Below are positions 35,900-48,203 of a stretch of 64,000 nt of DNA, piece after piece. Source of the DNA: Heteronotia binoei (taxonomy: Eukaryota); assembly GCF_032191835.1 (NCBI RefSeq), contig NC_083243.1:180544001-180608000 (forward strand). Reading direction: 5' to 3'. The number at the start of each line of letters is the position of its first letter. Within the stretch, counting starts at the first letter, position 1. A program made the translations under genes and the position numbers. Below the pieces are notes generated by a model. That model did not search any database and was not told the DNA's origin. It saw only the letters and a list, made by a program, of their open reading frames with translations.

Positions 35900-37330
35900 T
35901 GGGGCAGGAGGGAAGGAATGTGCGCCTGCACAGAAGACCAATAGATGAATAACAGTTACAGGTATGTTCAACACTGTTTTCACCTTCAGTCCTCTGTGCA
36001 GTCCCAAATTGGGAAACTAACAAATTACTCACTGTGGAGGCAGGGTTGAGGTTCTCACCGGAACAATGAATGCAGAACTGCCTTGCCAACTGATGTATCT
36101 CTTCTTGCATTTATGTCTACAGAGTAATGCTTGACAAACTTCCCAGAAGACAATTATGTAGCCACTCTGTAAATGTCCATGCATGGAGTACTTTGATGAA
36201 ATGGAGCTGATGTCGCCTGAGAATGTATGGAGTGTGCTTGGCCATGAAGAGGGTGAGGCAGCGTGCTCGTAACATACTTTAGTCACAGAGACTACCCACC
36301 AAGAGATAGTTTGGAATGTAACTGCCTTTTCCTCAGAGGGGCTAGACAAACAACTGTGATGTTTTATGGAATGACTGTCCTTCTGAGGTAATACAAAAAG
36401 GCACTTTTGACATCTTACAAATGAAGTTTCCTTTCTGCCTCCAAAGTGAGAGATGGAAAAAAGGCAAGACAATGTCTTGCACTAAATAGAAAGGGACATA
36501 ACTTTCAGGAGAAACTGTAAGTGGAGTCATAAGACCACTTTTTCTCCAAGAAATTTGATAAAAGGAGGAGTCAATTCATAAAACTGCTAGCTTTCTCACT
36601 TTCCTTGCAGATGTGATCACTACCAAAAATACTACCTTCATGGACAGAGGGCTAAAACTACACGAGGCTAGTGGTTCAAAGGGTGGTTCAAACCTGAATC
36701 CTTCAAGGTAAGGAGGTATTTGAACACAAGGGAGAGAGAAAATAATAGCAGAAGCCCCTCTAGATACTACCCACATGGTAAGATGTAAACATTTCTTTGA
36801 GTAGGAACATTTGGTGGATGGTCTCTGAGCATTAAGGAGAACATTAGCAACCTGCTCACAGAAATCTAATTGTGTTACTTCAGTAACTATGCTGTCCTCT
36901 ACAACCTGCAAACTTCATGGTGAATGAGGAGGCCCCTGTGTAGCAAATTTGACCTGAAATACAGATGTATGGACACTCCTTTGGACACCAACAGCAGAAT
37001 GTGAAACCACATTTGATTGGCCCAAAAGGCATAATAAGAATATACTGGGTGTCCTCTGATTGGATCTTGGAGAAGACATTGTTGAGTAGTGGTATGGGAG
37101 GGAGGCATAAAAGAGGTCATCTGTCCATCAAAACTGAAAGGCATCCCTCATGGAATGGCAATTGCTACCCACCCTGGAACAGAAAATCTGTGATTGGAGT
37201 ACCCCAGTGAGCAAAAATGAGACACAGATATTCTTCTCCCAGAGATCATTCATGGTCTGAACACATTTGCTATGGTGTTGTCACTTGGACCTGAACCAAT
37301 GTTCTTCTTGTAAGAGTTTAAAATTAGTTA
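35900..37330 (-). mobile_element. Older DIRS relic (MT plus YR plus ICR)
   Basis: HWGTP.TDF, DAF...WTDDLFYA.PPIPLL..V..KI (MT); FEPPFEPLASCS...LSMKVVFLV.ITSARK, FYLVQDIVLPFF (YR); 35925-36010 resembles the ICR at 54000-54090. Confidence 0.75.
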
Positions 37331-37911
37331 CTGCTTGTAACTCTAGAACATTAATATGTAATTTCCTTTTCCTTGGAGGTACTACAGATAACCCTTGATG
37401 AGCAAGAGAATTCAACTGACACTTGATGAGCGAGAAGACTCAGCTAACCCTCCCACTGCATTCCTATGCCAAGTAGCTGAGATATGTTTAAAGAGAAACT
37501 GCTTTCAATTCCAAACTAGGTTTTTGTTTTTGGGGGTTTTTTTTGCAAATATCTGGACAGCTATCCAGATATCTGGACAGCTGGACAGCTATGGGCTGTA
37601 AATTTGCACCACAGCTGGCAAATTTATGAATAATTTTGAAAGCCAGTACATCCTAAATGATAACATTTATATAAATAACATCATTATATATAAAAGATTA
37701 TATGTTATATAAATAACATCATTATATATAAAAGATTTTTTTTTTACTCTGGAGAGGCTCAGAACAACTAATGGTTGAATTTAAACAATTCATCAGTAGT
37801 GTACATGAAAGTATTAAATCTGAGATGAATTTTGATAAAAAATACCATTAATTTTCTAGATATGGAAGTGAGAAGAGTGGGCAATGTGATTGACTGATAC
37901 TTATAGAAAAC

Positions 37912-38394
37912 CAGGGCTTTTTTTTGTAGTAGGAACGCCTTTGCATATTAGGCCACACACCCCTGATGTAGCCAATCCTCCTGGAGCTTACAGTAGGCCC
38001 TTTACTAAGAGCCCTGTAAGGAATTCTAGGACCTCCTTTGCCTATTAGGCCACACACCCCTGATGTAGCCGATCCTCCTGGAGCTTACAGCAGGCCCTGT
38101 GAGAAGAGCCCTGTAAGGAATTCTAGCAGGACCTCCTTTGCATATTAGGCCACACACCCCTGATGTAGCCGATCCTCCTGGAGCTTCCAGTAGGCCCTGT
38201 ACGAAGAGCCCTGTAAGGAATTCTAGCAGGACCTCCTTTGCCTATTAGGCCACACACCCCTGATGTAGCCAATCCTCCTGGAGCTTACAGTAGGCCCTTT
38301 ACTAAGAGCCCTGTAAGCTTTTGGAAGATTGGCTACATCGGGGTTGGGGGGTGGCCTAATATGCAAAAGAGTTTCTGCTACAAAAAAAGCCCTG
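37912..38394. mobile_element. MITE family C with four tandem internal units of about 100 bp
   Basis: Family C termini enclosing repeats of ...TTTGCATATTAGGCCACACACCCCTGATGTAGCC...GAGCCCTGTAAG. Confidence 0.85.
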
Positions 38395-38396
38395 TA

Positions 38397-40075
38397 AAAC
38401 CAACTGATGCTAATTCCTTACTTGTAAGTGACAGTTTTCACCCCCAGCAATTAAAGAACTTACCTTATTCTCAAATGCTGAGACTTAGAAAGAATTGTAG
38501 CCAGGCCTCTTTACTGATGCGACAGTTTAGGGAGAAAGGTTACTCCTCCAGAGTAGTCAAACAAACTTATCACAAAGCAGAAAACACCTGAATGTCATCC
38601 TTAATGGTCCCAACAATTGGACAAAGTCAAAGTGAGAAGCTAATTATTGTCTTAACATTTGGTGGTAGGTCAAGACAGGTAAGGGAAATTATTATGAAAC
38701 ACTGGCATCTCCTCGCTAATGTTCCCAGATGCTATCCTCCTCCCCTTTTTACATATAGAAGATCAAGGAACTTGAAGGGTGTGTTAGTTAACAGCAGATT
38801 AAAATCCATTCAAACAAGACAGATGGGAGTGGATGGCAGGGTCAGACTGGGTGGGTAGTTTTCCATGTGGGGGGTTGCTCCGTTTGCAGTTTAATGTATC
38901 GCACAGATTATTTTCTGGGCTCTACTAAGCAGAAAAAAAAGTATTTCATTAAGTCATTCCTTAATTGTCATTCCAAATCAGTTATTTATTGTACAATATG
39001 CTGTGATTTAATGTACATTGGCTATCCAACTAGGTCTGTGAAGACTAGGATTTGTGAGCACAGAAGCAACATCCATCTTCAAAAGAAGAATACTCCTTTG
39101 GTAAAACACTGGACTTCATCAAATCACCTGCAAGTTGTCTTGGAACAAATACGTGCTCCAAAATTACAGCTTGTGCAACGGCTGAAAGACATTTTGGATT
39201 CATACCCTAGTTCAGGGGTGGCCAATGGTAGCTCTCCAGATGTTTTTTGCCTACAACTCCCATCAGCCCCAGCCATTGGCCATGCTGGCTGGGGCTGATG
39301 GGAGTTGTAAGCAAAAAACGTCTGGAGAGCTACCATTGGCCACCCCTGCCGTAGGAACTTTAAAACCTCTTGGTTTAAATGAGAAAATTGATGGGTTTTG
39401 TGTGTACTGGGGAGATAATCTTGGAATATCTGTGAAATAATTTTTGTAACTTCTTAGGTTTTCCCATATACCTGTAATTGTCCCCTTATGACCTTTGCTC
39501 TAATTATATCATGCACCCTGATTGGGCCATGATTGCATCATCTGGTCCTTTGCATTTTAAAGCTGAGCGCCAGCTTCAGTCCATGACACACAATTTTTGG
39601 CACATAGGCTCTGACCTTATATCGACTTTGATCAATTCTGGACCATTTGGTGAGGTAACCTTTTAAATTTGTAATTTGTGTTTTTATTTAGCATTATTCT
39701 CCAGTATATTTTAATTTTAATATTTGGACAATATTTTAGGCATACAAGACACAATTCAACTTGTATGCCCTTGCTTAGGCCATAAGGCTGCACAATAAGA
39801 GGCCTTAAGTACATCTTTAAGCCTTTGTCACTTCATTGTAAGTAATTCATTAATTCTAAATATTATCATTAAATTACATAAGAATAATTTTCACAAATTT
39901 ACATTTTTTTTCTTTTTTTATTACAGAAATTCCCTTTGGTCCAGTGTTGTTCTATTGATTTATTGTATTCTGCATTATGAGCCTATATGTGTATTGACTT
40001 GTTTGACCTCTGAAGAAGCCCAGTCTAGGTAGAAATGAGTCAGGTCAAGTGGTTTTATGATTTTATAAAGGAACG
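38397..40075 (+). mobile_element. Penelope-like element (RT C-terminus plus GIY-YIG endonuclease, Neptune-like), decayed
   Basis: SFHP..LKNLPYSQMLRLRKNCS, F.EKGY, C-G-G-C-X2-C, NC.SK.VIYC..C..LMYIG...RS.K.RICEH; tail ...TGAAGAAGCC...GAAA near 40010-40050. Confidence 0.82.
39213..39348. mobile_element. Palindromic hAT (Charlie-like) MITE inserted in the Penelope-like element
   Basis: TIR CAGGGGTGGCCAA. Confidence 0.85.
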
Positions 40076-41742
40076 AGGCTAATGATTGGCCTCTAAATGT
40101 TTCCAACCTTCTGTAATATATATTTGCATTTTGTATTATTTATTTTGCATATATTTTTGCATTATTTACTTTGCATATATTTTTGCATTATTTACTTTGC
40201 ATATATTTGCATTGTTATATATTTTGTTTTTAATTTTCGGCCCTCTAGTTTGCATATTAACCTTTCAGGTTTCTTAACACACACATGGCTTGACCCCACA
40301 AAGTCCCATTTATGTCAAATTGGCCCTCGTAACAAATGAGTTTAACACCCCTGCTTTAAAGGGCCTATGACCTAGAAAAATCTTCCAAGCAGTTGGCCTG
40401 TATATATGCACAGAAGACCAAAGATTAATTACTAGATTGGTTGGATGTAAACAGCTTGCACTAATGAGTATATGTAAAAGACTGTCTTTCAACATCTCTT
40501 TATAGGTACAGTGATGTGGCTGAAATGAATGTATGAAGACACCGGATATTGAATCAGCACAGTACCGTCCATTCTGGTTGGCAGTGGTTCAGAAGACTTC
40601 AAGCAGAATGCAATCTTTTCTAATGCCTTCTCCTTGAAACTTTTTCGACCGGGAACGTCAGACGTTAAGTCTGGGACCTTCTGCATGCTGATGCATGTGC
40701 TACCATTACAAAGGCTCCTTTTGCCCATAGCCTTAATTCATCTATGACCATCACGGATTTATTCATAGTCACGTTACCTTTTCAATCAGTTTACTCCAAA
40801 ATTGAACTCGGTGCCTAAAGTATTTTAGTTCTCTACTGTCCAGACAGCCAATTAAGAGGAAGGTAAAATTACTGATGTTCCAGTTTTATTTGTTCCCATG
40901 CTGTGAAAAGTGCAGGCTATCCTATATATCCTTCCATGAAAATTAGAAACTCACAATATGTGTATAAACAACAGCGTAACAATGTAAAACAAGATTACTT
41001 GCCATCAAAGGCACTGAATGTATTTTCCTCTATCCACCCTTCTTTCCTTCCTTTTTATTCTTTGAGGCTAGCTAGAAGGATTTCTCTGATTGCTTGCTTT
41101 TAATGTTTGAAAGCTCATCTTCTACATGATGAGGAAAAATTGCTGTTATGTATCAGCTCAAGAGAGAAAAATAATGAATGAGCAAACTTAGTTTCTAGAA
41201 ATCTAAGTCAGATTAGTGGGTCTTAAGGTAATAATGTTTAATGTGAACAGTCAGTTCAGTGTGATTTTGGACGCAGCTTTAGATTTCCCTTGGCTGGAAG
41301 CCTGCTGAAGTCCAATGCTGGATATTTTTTTTCAAATACTGCAATATTCTTCTATGGTTTTATAAAGTCCACTCAAAGTAGCATTGCTTCTTAGCTGTTG
41401 ATACTTCAGCATGTATTTGAACGTGCAGCGCTTACCTGTTTTTTAATATAAAGGTAGTTACTTTGGCCTTGAGGACAGGTTAAAAAAATCAAATAAATGT
41501 AGCAGTTGTACATAATAAAAAAGTCCTATGGAGACAGGGAAATTGAGCAAAAATCTTGACCTGTATACTCCTAAAATGTAGTACCAAGCTGGCTTATTTG
41601 TGCTCAAGTGTTTGAAAACATAGGCTGAACTTTAAGATGGTGTTTACTTCAGTAAATATAGCACAATGGGGAAACCCTAACACAGATAAACTCAGAACTG
41701 AGTAAACAGACAGCGGAGAGTTTTAAAGCCACCAAATGTTTA

Positions 41743-42042
41743 CCATCTTTTTCGCTCCATAAGACACACCTGACCATAAGATGCACCCCTTTTTTGCCCG
41801 CCAGCGCGCGATCGCCGGCTTTTTTCTTTTTTGGAACATCAGGCTATAGCGCTATAACGCTATAGCCCGACGTCCCCCCCCCAAAGCCGGAGATCGTACG
41901 CCGGCGAGCAAAAACGGCTGGCGCTGGTGGAAGCGAGATAACGTGCACTCTTTTTTGCAGTATTCGCTGCATAAGACGCACACACTCCCCCACACACACT
42001 TTTTTTTGGGGGGGAGTGTGTCTTATGGAGTGAAAAATATGG
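41743..42042. mobile_element. TcMar (Tc2-like) MITE containing a Harbinger-MITE core
   Basis: TIR CCATCTTTTTCGCTCCATAAGAC / GTCTTATGGAGTGAAAAATATGG; TA TSD. Confidence 0.78.
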
Positions 42043-42114
42043 TATATCCCAAAGTCTGAGTCAACCATTACACTATTTTCTGTAGAGAGATGATTTATAA
42101 CATAATCATCACCT

Positions 42115-42330
42115 AAACAGCTCCAAGTTAGACTTCAGTGGTACCTTTAACACCAACAAAGTATTATGCAAGGTGTGAGCTTTTGTGTGCAAGTAGACTT
42201 CCTCAGACAATGAAAAGGAATTTTGTGTGCTTGCATACTAAAGCTCACACCTTGAATAAAACTTTGGTCTTAAAGGTGCCACTGGACTCAAACATTGTTC
42301 TGTTACTTCAGACCAACACGGCTGCCCGCC
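42115..42330. repeat. Inverted pair of Penelope-type tail sequences
   Basis: AAAGCTCACACCTTGAATAAAACTTTGGTCTTAAAGGTGCCACTGGAC and its inverted copy. Confidence 0.6.
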
Positions 42331-43333
42331 ATAATGGACCTAAACAACTGTTATGCATATAAGCCCCTACAATACACAAAGGAATCCTGTAGTACCCTAG
42401 AGGGAGCTTTGACTATCAAAAGCTTACACCCCGAAAATCTTCCTGTTTTGTAAGGTACTATTACTCGTATCATAAGGTACTACAATCTTCCTGTACTACT
42501 GTAGTCCAACGTGGCTATCCTCTGTAACTTATTTCCCTGAAAGAGCCAAGAAAGGGAAGGAACAGGGACTTCCTTTCCCACATCTGCTTATATGAATCCC
42601 ACTCTGAGCTTTCTCCCTGTGTTGGTAATGTTTTATTTGCTTACTTTTTTGTACAGCATTTTAAAATTGTTTTCCAGTATCCATGGGACGACTGAATTTT
42701 ACATTTTAAAAAGGTTTTAAAAAACTTTTAAATTCATTTTCATTTCACACTGATACAGTGGTTATCACATTTCTTGCTGTAACTTTTATTGCTGTTCATC
42801 TATATTTGGATGACATTTTCAGAGATTCCATCCCTTATCCCTGAGCTCATTTTTGGGAAGGGCGGGGTAGATATCTGAAATAACAATAAATCCAAAGGAC
42901 ACTCCCTTGCCAAGTATCTGGCAGACAAGCCCCACTTTTGGGGGGGGGTGTAATTAAGCACACAATGTATTTTTATCTGTAGCATTACGGTTTAACCCTT
43001 AAATTAGGTGAAATTCTCAGTGATTGTACCCCTTCTTGCAACGATCCACCTTGGCATATTTCAAGCAGATTTCAGCAATACTCAGTTTTATAATAATAGT
43101 AATAATAAATTTATTTTTGTATCCCGCCCTCCCCCGCCAAAGGCAGGCTCAGGGCGGCTCACAGACATGGAACAACCATGATTCCAATAAAATACAATCA
43201 ATACAATAAGACAAATTAAAATACAATTAAATTACAGTTATAAATTAGGTTAAAATTAAATAAAACAGCTGTTATATGTTAATAATTAAGGTGCTACAAT
43301 TCACAGTCATATATAAGATGGCTAGAAGTCAAT

Positions 43334-46298
43334 TTAGCCGGGTTCTATCTTGAAAGCGAGCTGAAAGAGGGTGGTTTTGCAAGCCCTGCGAAACTGATTC
43401 AGGTCCCGCAGGGCTCGCACCACCTCTGGAAGTTGATTCCACCATCGGGGGCCATTGCTGAGAAGGCTTGCTCCCTCGTTGTTTTTAATCTAGCTTCTCT
43501 TGGTCCAGGGATTTTTAAAAGGTTTTGGGAACTAGATCTCAGTGCTCTCTGGGGAACATATGGGGAGAGGCGGTCCCTAAGGTAGGCAGGTCCTCGGCCA
43601 TATAGGGCTTTAAAGGTAATAACCAGCACCTTATAGCGAACACGATACACAACCGGCAGCCAGTGCAGCTCCTGTAGCCCAGGCTGCACGTGTCCCCACC
43701 GAGATATTCCCACTAACAGCCTGGCCGCCGCATTCTGCACTAACTGCAGTTTCCGCGTTCGGTATAAGGGCAGCCCCATGTAGAGGGCATTACAGTAGTC
43801 TAGCCTCGAAGTGACCGTTGCGTGGATCACAGTTGCCAGGTCACTACATTCCAAGAAGGGAGCCAACTGCCTCGCCCTCCTAAGGTGGAAAAAGGCGGAT
43901 TTAGCAGTGGCAGCTATCTGGGCTTCCATTGACAAGGAAGACTCCAGTAGTACTCCCAAGCTCTTGACCCTGCGCACTGGTATCAGTGGCACACCGTCAA
44001 AGGCCGGTAGGGAGATCTCCCCTCCTGGCCCGCTGCGACCTACGCAAAGGACCTCAGTCTTCGCTGGATTCAGCTTCAGCCCACTCAGCTTGAGCCAGCC
44101 AGCCACGGCTTGTAGCGCCCGGTCCAGATTTATAGGGACATCGCCAGTCCGGCTGTCCATCAATAGATAGAGCTGGGTGTCATCAGCATACTGATGACAA
44201 CCGAGCCCATACCTCCAGGCAATCTGGACAAGGGGGCGCATATAGATGTTAAACAACATCGGGGAGAGAACTGCCCCCTGAGGCACCCCACAATGAAGTA
44301 GGTGTCTCTGAGACAGCTCCCCTCCAATTGCCACCCTTTGTCCCCAACCTTCAAGGAAGGAAAGCCACTGTAAGGCTAGCCCCCAAATTCCCACGTCGGC
44401 GAGACGGCGGGTCAGCAGCCGATGATCGACCATATCGAACGCAGCCGATAGGTCTAGCAGCAGCAGTACTGCCGAGCCGCCTCGATCCAGTTGTTGCTGG
44501 AGGTCATCCATGAGGGCGACCAAGACTGTCTCCGTCCCATGGCCCGGGCGGAAGCCGGACTGGCATGGGTCTAAGGTGGAAGCGTCATCCAGAAAGTCCT
44601 GTAACTGCAGCGCCACAGCCCTCTCAATAATTTTGCCCAAAAAGGGCAAATTTGAGACCGGTCGGTAGTGCGCCAATTCGGCCGGGTCTGATGTAGCCTT
44701 TTTCAGGAGAGGGCGGACCACTGCCTCTTTCAGGGGTGTTGGAAAAGAGCCCTCTGAAAGAGATCTATTTATGATGTCCCGTATAGGACATCTTAGCTCC
44801 GCCTGGCAAGCCTTAATTAGCCAGGAAGGGCATGGGTCCAGATCGCAAGTTGTGGGTCGTGCAGTGCCAAGGATTCTGTCGACTTCCTCCAAGCTGAGCA
44901 GGTCAAAGCAGTCCAGGGTCAAATCAGAAGACACGCATTGGGCCTCGAGTTCACTTACTGTATCTAAATTGGCAGGGCAGTCACGGCGGAGCGACTGGAC
45001 CTTGTCTGCAAAAAATTTCGCAAAAGCCTCGCAGCCTATCTCCAATTTCTTAACGTTTGAATTGCCCTGTGGCAATGTAGTGAAATTCCGAATTATCCTA
45101 AATAATTGAGCCAGGCGCGAATTTGCAGATGCAATCTTAGCTGCAAAGTATGTTTTCTTTGCGGTCTTGATTGCCATCTCATAGGACCTCATAAACTTCC
45201 TATAAGATGTTCTAGTCGCTTCGTCGCGGGTACGCCACCATTGCCTCTCTAGCCGTCTGAGACCTTGTTTCAGCTGGCGTAACTCTGGGGTATACCACGG
45301 GGCCAGCCTAGTCCGAGGTCGTAGAGGGCGTCGAGGTGCGATCTCTTCTATGGCCCTAGAGAGCCGGCTATTCCAGGTCTCAATCAAGCCATTGAGAGAA
45401 TCGTCAGAGGGCCAGGGATCCCGCAGCACCATTTGGAACCGTTCCGGGTCCATCTGGCTCCGCGGGCGAGCCATAATAAGCTCATTGCCTAAACAGGTTT
45501 GGGGTGGCATGTCTACATGGGCCCTGAGGGCGAGGTGGTCCGACCATGGCACCGCCTCCGTGGTTATATCACCCACTGTAACCCCGGCCGCAAAGATCAG
45601 GTCCAATGTGTGCCCGGCCTGGTGAGTGGGGGTTGTAACAAATTGAGAGAGTCCTAGCGTCGCCATGGAAGACACTAGGTCCGTCGCCTAACTGGAAGAT
45701 GGGTCATCAGCATGGACGTTGAAGTCACCCAGGATTATCAACCTTGGGTGCTCCAGTGCCCGGCCTGTCGCCGCCTCGAGCAGGGACGGTAAGGCGCTGG
45801 CTGGTGCGTTAGGCGTACGGTACACCAGCCAGATCGCCAACCCCTCTCCAGCCTCCCACGCCAGACCGGCACATTCAATACCCTAGATCCTTGGGGCCGG
45901 GAGCGCCCTGAAGGAGTAAGCCTCCCGTATAAATAATCACTTCTCCCCCCCGCCCGCTAGTCCGCGATTGGTGGAAGACTGAATAACCGGGGGGAGCGGT
46001 TTGTGAGAGGGCTACTGTATCTCCCGCTCGAATCCAGGTTTCAGCAAGCCAGGTCCATGTCCTGTTCGAGTAGAAACTCCCGAAGGACGGAGGTTTTATT
46101 AATGCACCTGGCGTTGCATAACACCAATGACGGAAGCGAGTTATTCGGCCTGACCCTACTACCTGTCACCGTTGGGATGGGACGCAGATTGGAGGAAGAT
46201 CGAGCACTATTCTGTCTCAGTCTTCCTCCCTTGTAACATCTGTTCCCACCGCCGTACCTCCCCCTCCCCATGAGCACTGGAATCCCTGAGCCAGCCAT
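43334..46298 (-). pseudogene. L2 ORF2 (APE endonuclease plus RT); 758-aa open stretch at 43399-45675, lesions in the EN domain and near the C-terminus
   Basis: LCNAR..NKT, ETW, LGDFNVH; RT LLDLSAAFDMVDH, GVPQGAVLSPMLFNIY, YADDTQLY, LNPAKTE, SRLDYCN, LQLVQNAAARL, LHWLPV. A 1-nt loss near 43450 hides the usual APRWWNQLP...FRRACKT end. Confidence 0.93.
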
Positions 46299-46598
46299 TC
46301 CCCGTTGGCAGCAACCGCTATTTTAACCACTATCAAGCACTGCTATCAGAAATATCCTCACACTACTCCGTCCCACTAGATCCCAGTATTTCAAATTAAC
46401 CCAATAAAGGCCCAACCCTAAATTTCCCATGTATATGATTGGTAAGAGTTTAAATCAAATAGCATAATTAATTATAGTCCCACCCTTGTAGCCATTCTTA
46501 AATTAATTAGCTAAAAATATTTTACCAGTCCAGATCCAATATATACAATAAACTAATCAAAATGAGTTAATTAGTAAACAAAAAAAAAATTTTTTAAA

Positions 46599-47294
46599 CT
46601 AGTGGATTACGGGCAAGTGGAGGTAGAAGTTGTTAAAGTGCGATATAAGTTCTTCTAATGAGGCAAGTAGAGGCACCAGCAGGGTATGGGTGGAGTGCTG
46701 CAGGCAAGATGTTAAAGGCAATAACACAGAATAAAGTGCGAGGTGCAGAGTCAAGCTCAGACGCCGGCGACAAGGGGGTGCCGTATGGAATGTACCGGGG
46801 GTAGCGCTGAGAGCAGCAGACTCCAGGTGCAGAATCCAGTGGCTAAGGGTCCTGACCGATGTTTCCCACGTAGCCTGGCGAGCCCGCGGAGGGTGGAGAC
46901 CCCCCTCGTGCTCCCCCGCCACGTAGTAGAACCCCACCGCTTTGTCTATGGGGGCAGTCAGTTCATTTAAAGCTCCATTTCGCCTGTGTATCCAGTTGTT
47001 ATACTCGTCCGCACAAGTCGCCTGCATCAGCTCCTCAGCATTGCCCGTCGCTACCACCAAACTCCCCCGGGCGGCTCGACCCCTCCGGTACTCCTCCCGT
47101 CGTGCCGAGCAAGCGTCTCTGGCCTCAGCCAAGCCGTGACATCGGCTCCACTCCCCGTCCGGCCGCTTGCACCGCCGCCTCAGCCGGCTCACAGTCCACG
47201 CCGCTGCTTCAGCTGCAGCCGCATCCGGAGCAGGCCTTGCCCTCGGCTCGGCGATGGAAACTTGGCGATGGAACCAGCTCTGTCCGCACCCCAA
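46599..47294 (-). CDS. Putative ORF1 of the L2 element (231 aa, no recognised domain)
   Basis: Open frame upstream of ORF2, separated from it by about 300 bp of AT-rich spacer. Confidence 0.45.
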   Translation of the reverse strand: MGCGQSWFHRQVSIAEPRARPAPDAAAAEAAAWTVSRLRRRCKRPDGEWSRCHGLAEARDACSARREEYRRGRAARGSLVVATGNAEELMQATCADEYNNWIHRRNGALNELTAPIDKAVGFYYVAGEHEGGLHPPRARQATWETSVRTLSHWILHLESAALSATPGTFHTAPPCRRRLSLTLHLALYSVLLPLTSCLQHSTHTLLVPLLASLEELISHFNNFYLHLPVIH

Positions 47295-47819
47295 CTCTCC
47301 AGGCCCTCCAGTGTCTCACCCCCTCTCCAGGAATCAGCGCCAGCCTGTCCAGGTCTTACGCCACTCAAAGGGTGGTTAATAGACAGGTAGGAACCCGGTT
47401 TTCAGGAGCTCTAGCACCTGAGCTCCTTCCTTGTCGCCATCTTGATAAGGCAATTCAAATTGCACAGGCAGAGGTAAATATCTAGAATCTCTTCAGGATA
47501 ATAGATACCACTTTGTTTTCTAAAAGGACACTGTACACTTTACAAACTCTCTGTGTACACTGGGTGCTGGCACAAAGACTTTGAATCGGACAGTTAATAG
47601 GAGCTTTGTGTCTCCCCAACTCATGTGAGCCTTTCCTCAGCATGACTAAGGCACACAGGCAGAAGATGAGACTGCCTTCTCTCCATACTATTTCTTCTTC
47701 AAGTGTCCTATGAAGCTATTACTATGCCCACTGCAAAACTTGTATGTAGCCAACAGGATGCTTTAAGGAGGAAAAAGCAAGACAGCTGCCACTTCTGCCT
47801 GTGATGAACAAAGGGCTGC

Positions 47820-47996
47820 ATGAATCTGGGAGACACAAAACCAGTCATCTATGCTTGCTGGGGAGAAAGCGTAGATGACTGGGGAAGGCAATGGCAAACC
47901 ACCCCGTAAAAAGTCTGCCATGAAAATGTTGTGAAAGCAACGTCACCCCTGAGTCGGAAATGACTGGTGCTTGCACAGGGGACTAACTTTACCTTT
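47820..47996 (+). mobile_element. Sauria-SINE/RTE-type 3' fragment
   Basis: GGGGAAGGCAATGGCAAACCACCCC...GAGTCGGAAATGAC...(TTTACC)n, typical of BovB/Sauria tails. Confidence 0.65.
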
Positions 47997-48203
47997 GGGG
48001 AGGGATGGTGGCTCAGTGGTAGAGCATCTGCTTGGGAAGCAGAAGGTCCTGGGTTTAATCCCCAGCATCTCCAAAAAAGGGTCCAGGCAAATAGGTGTGA
48101 AAAACCTCAGCTTGAGACCCTGGAGAGCCGCTGCCAGTCTGAGTAGACAACACTGACTTTGATGGACTGAGGGTCTGATTCAGTATAAGGCAGCTTCATA
48201 TGT
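47997..48203 (+). mobile_element. Same tRNA-derived SINE family
   Basis: Full head-to-tail match to 7709-7921. Confidence 0.9.

Larger units (their letters stand above)
43090..47370 (-). mobile_element. L2-clade non-LTR retrotransposon, near full length (5' end approximate)
   Basis: APE plus RT ORF2, 3' tail ...GTGAGCCGCCCTGAGCCTGCCTTTGGCGGGGAGGGCGGGATACAAAAATAAA(TTA)n, and a GC-rich 5' region with an ORF; no TSD seen. Confidence 0.9.
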
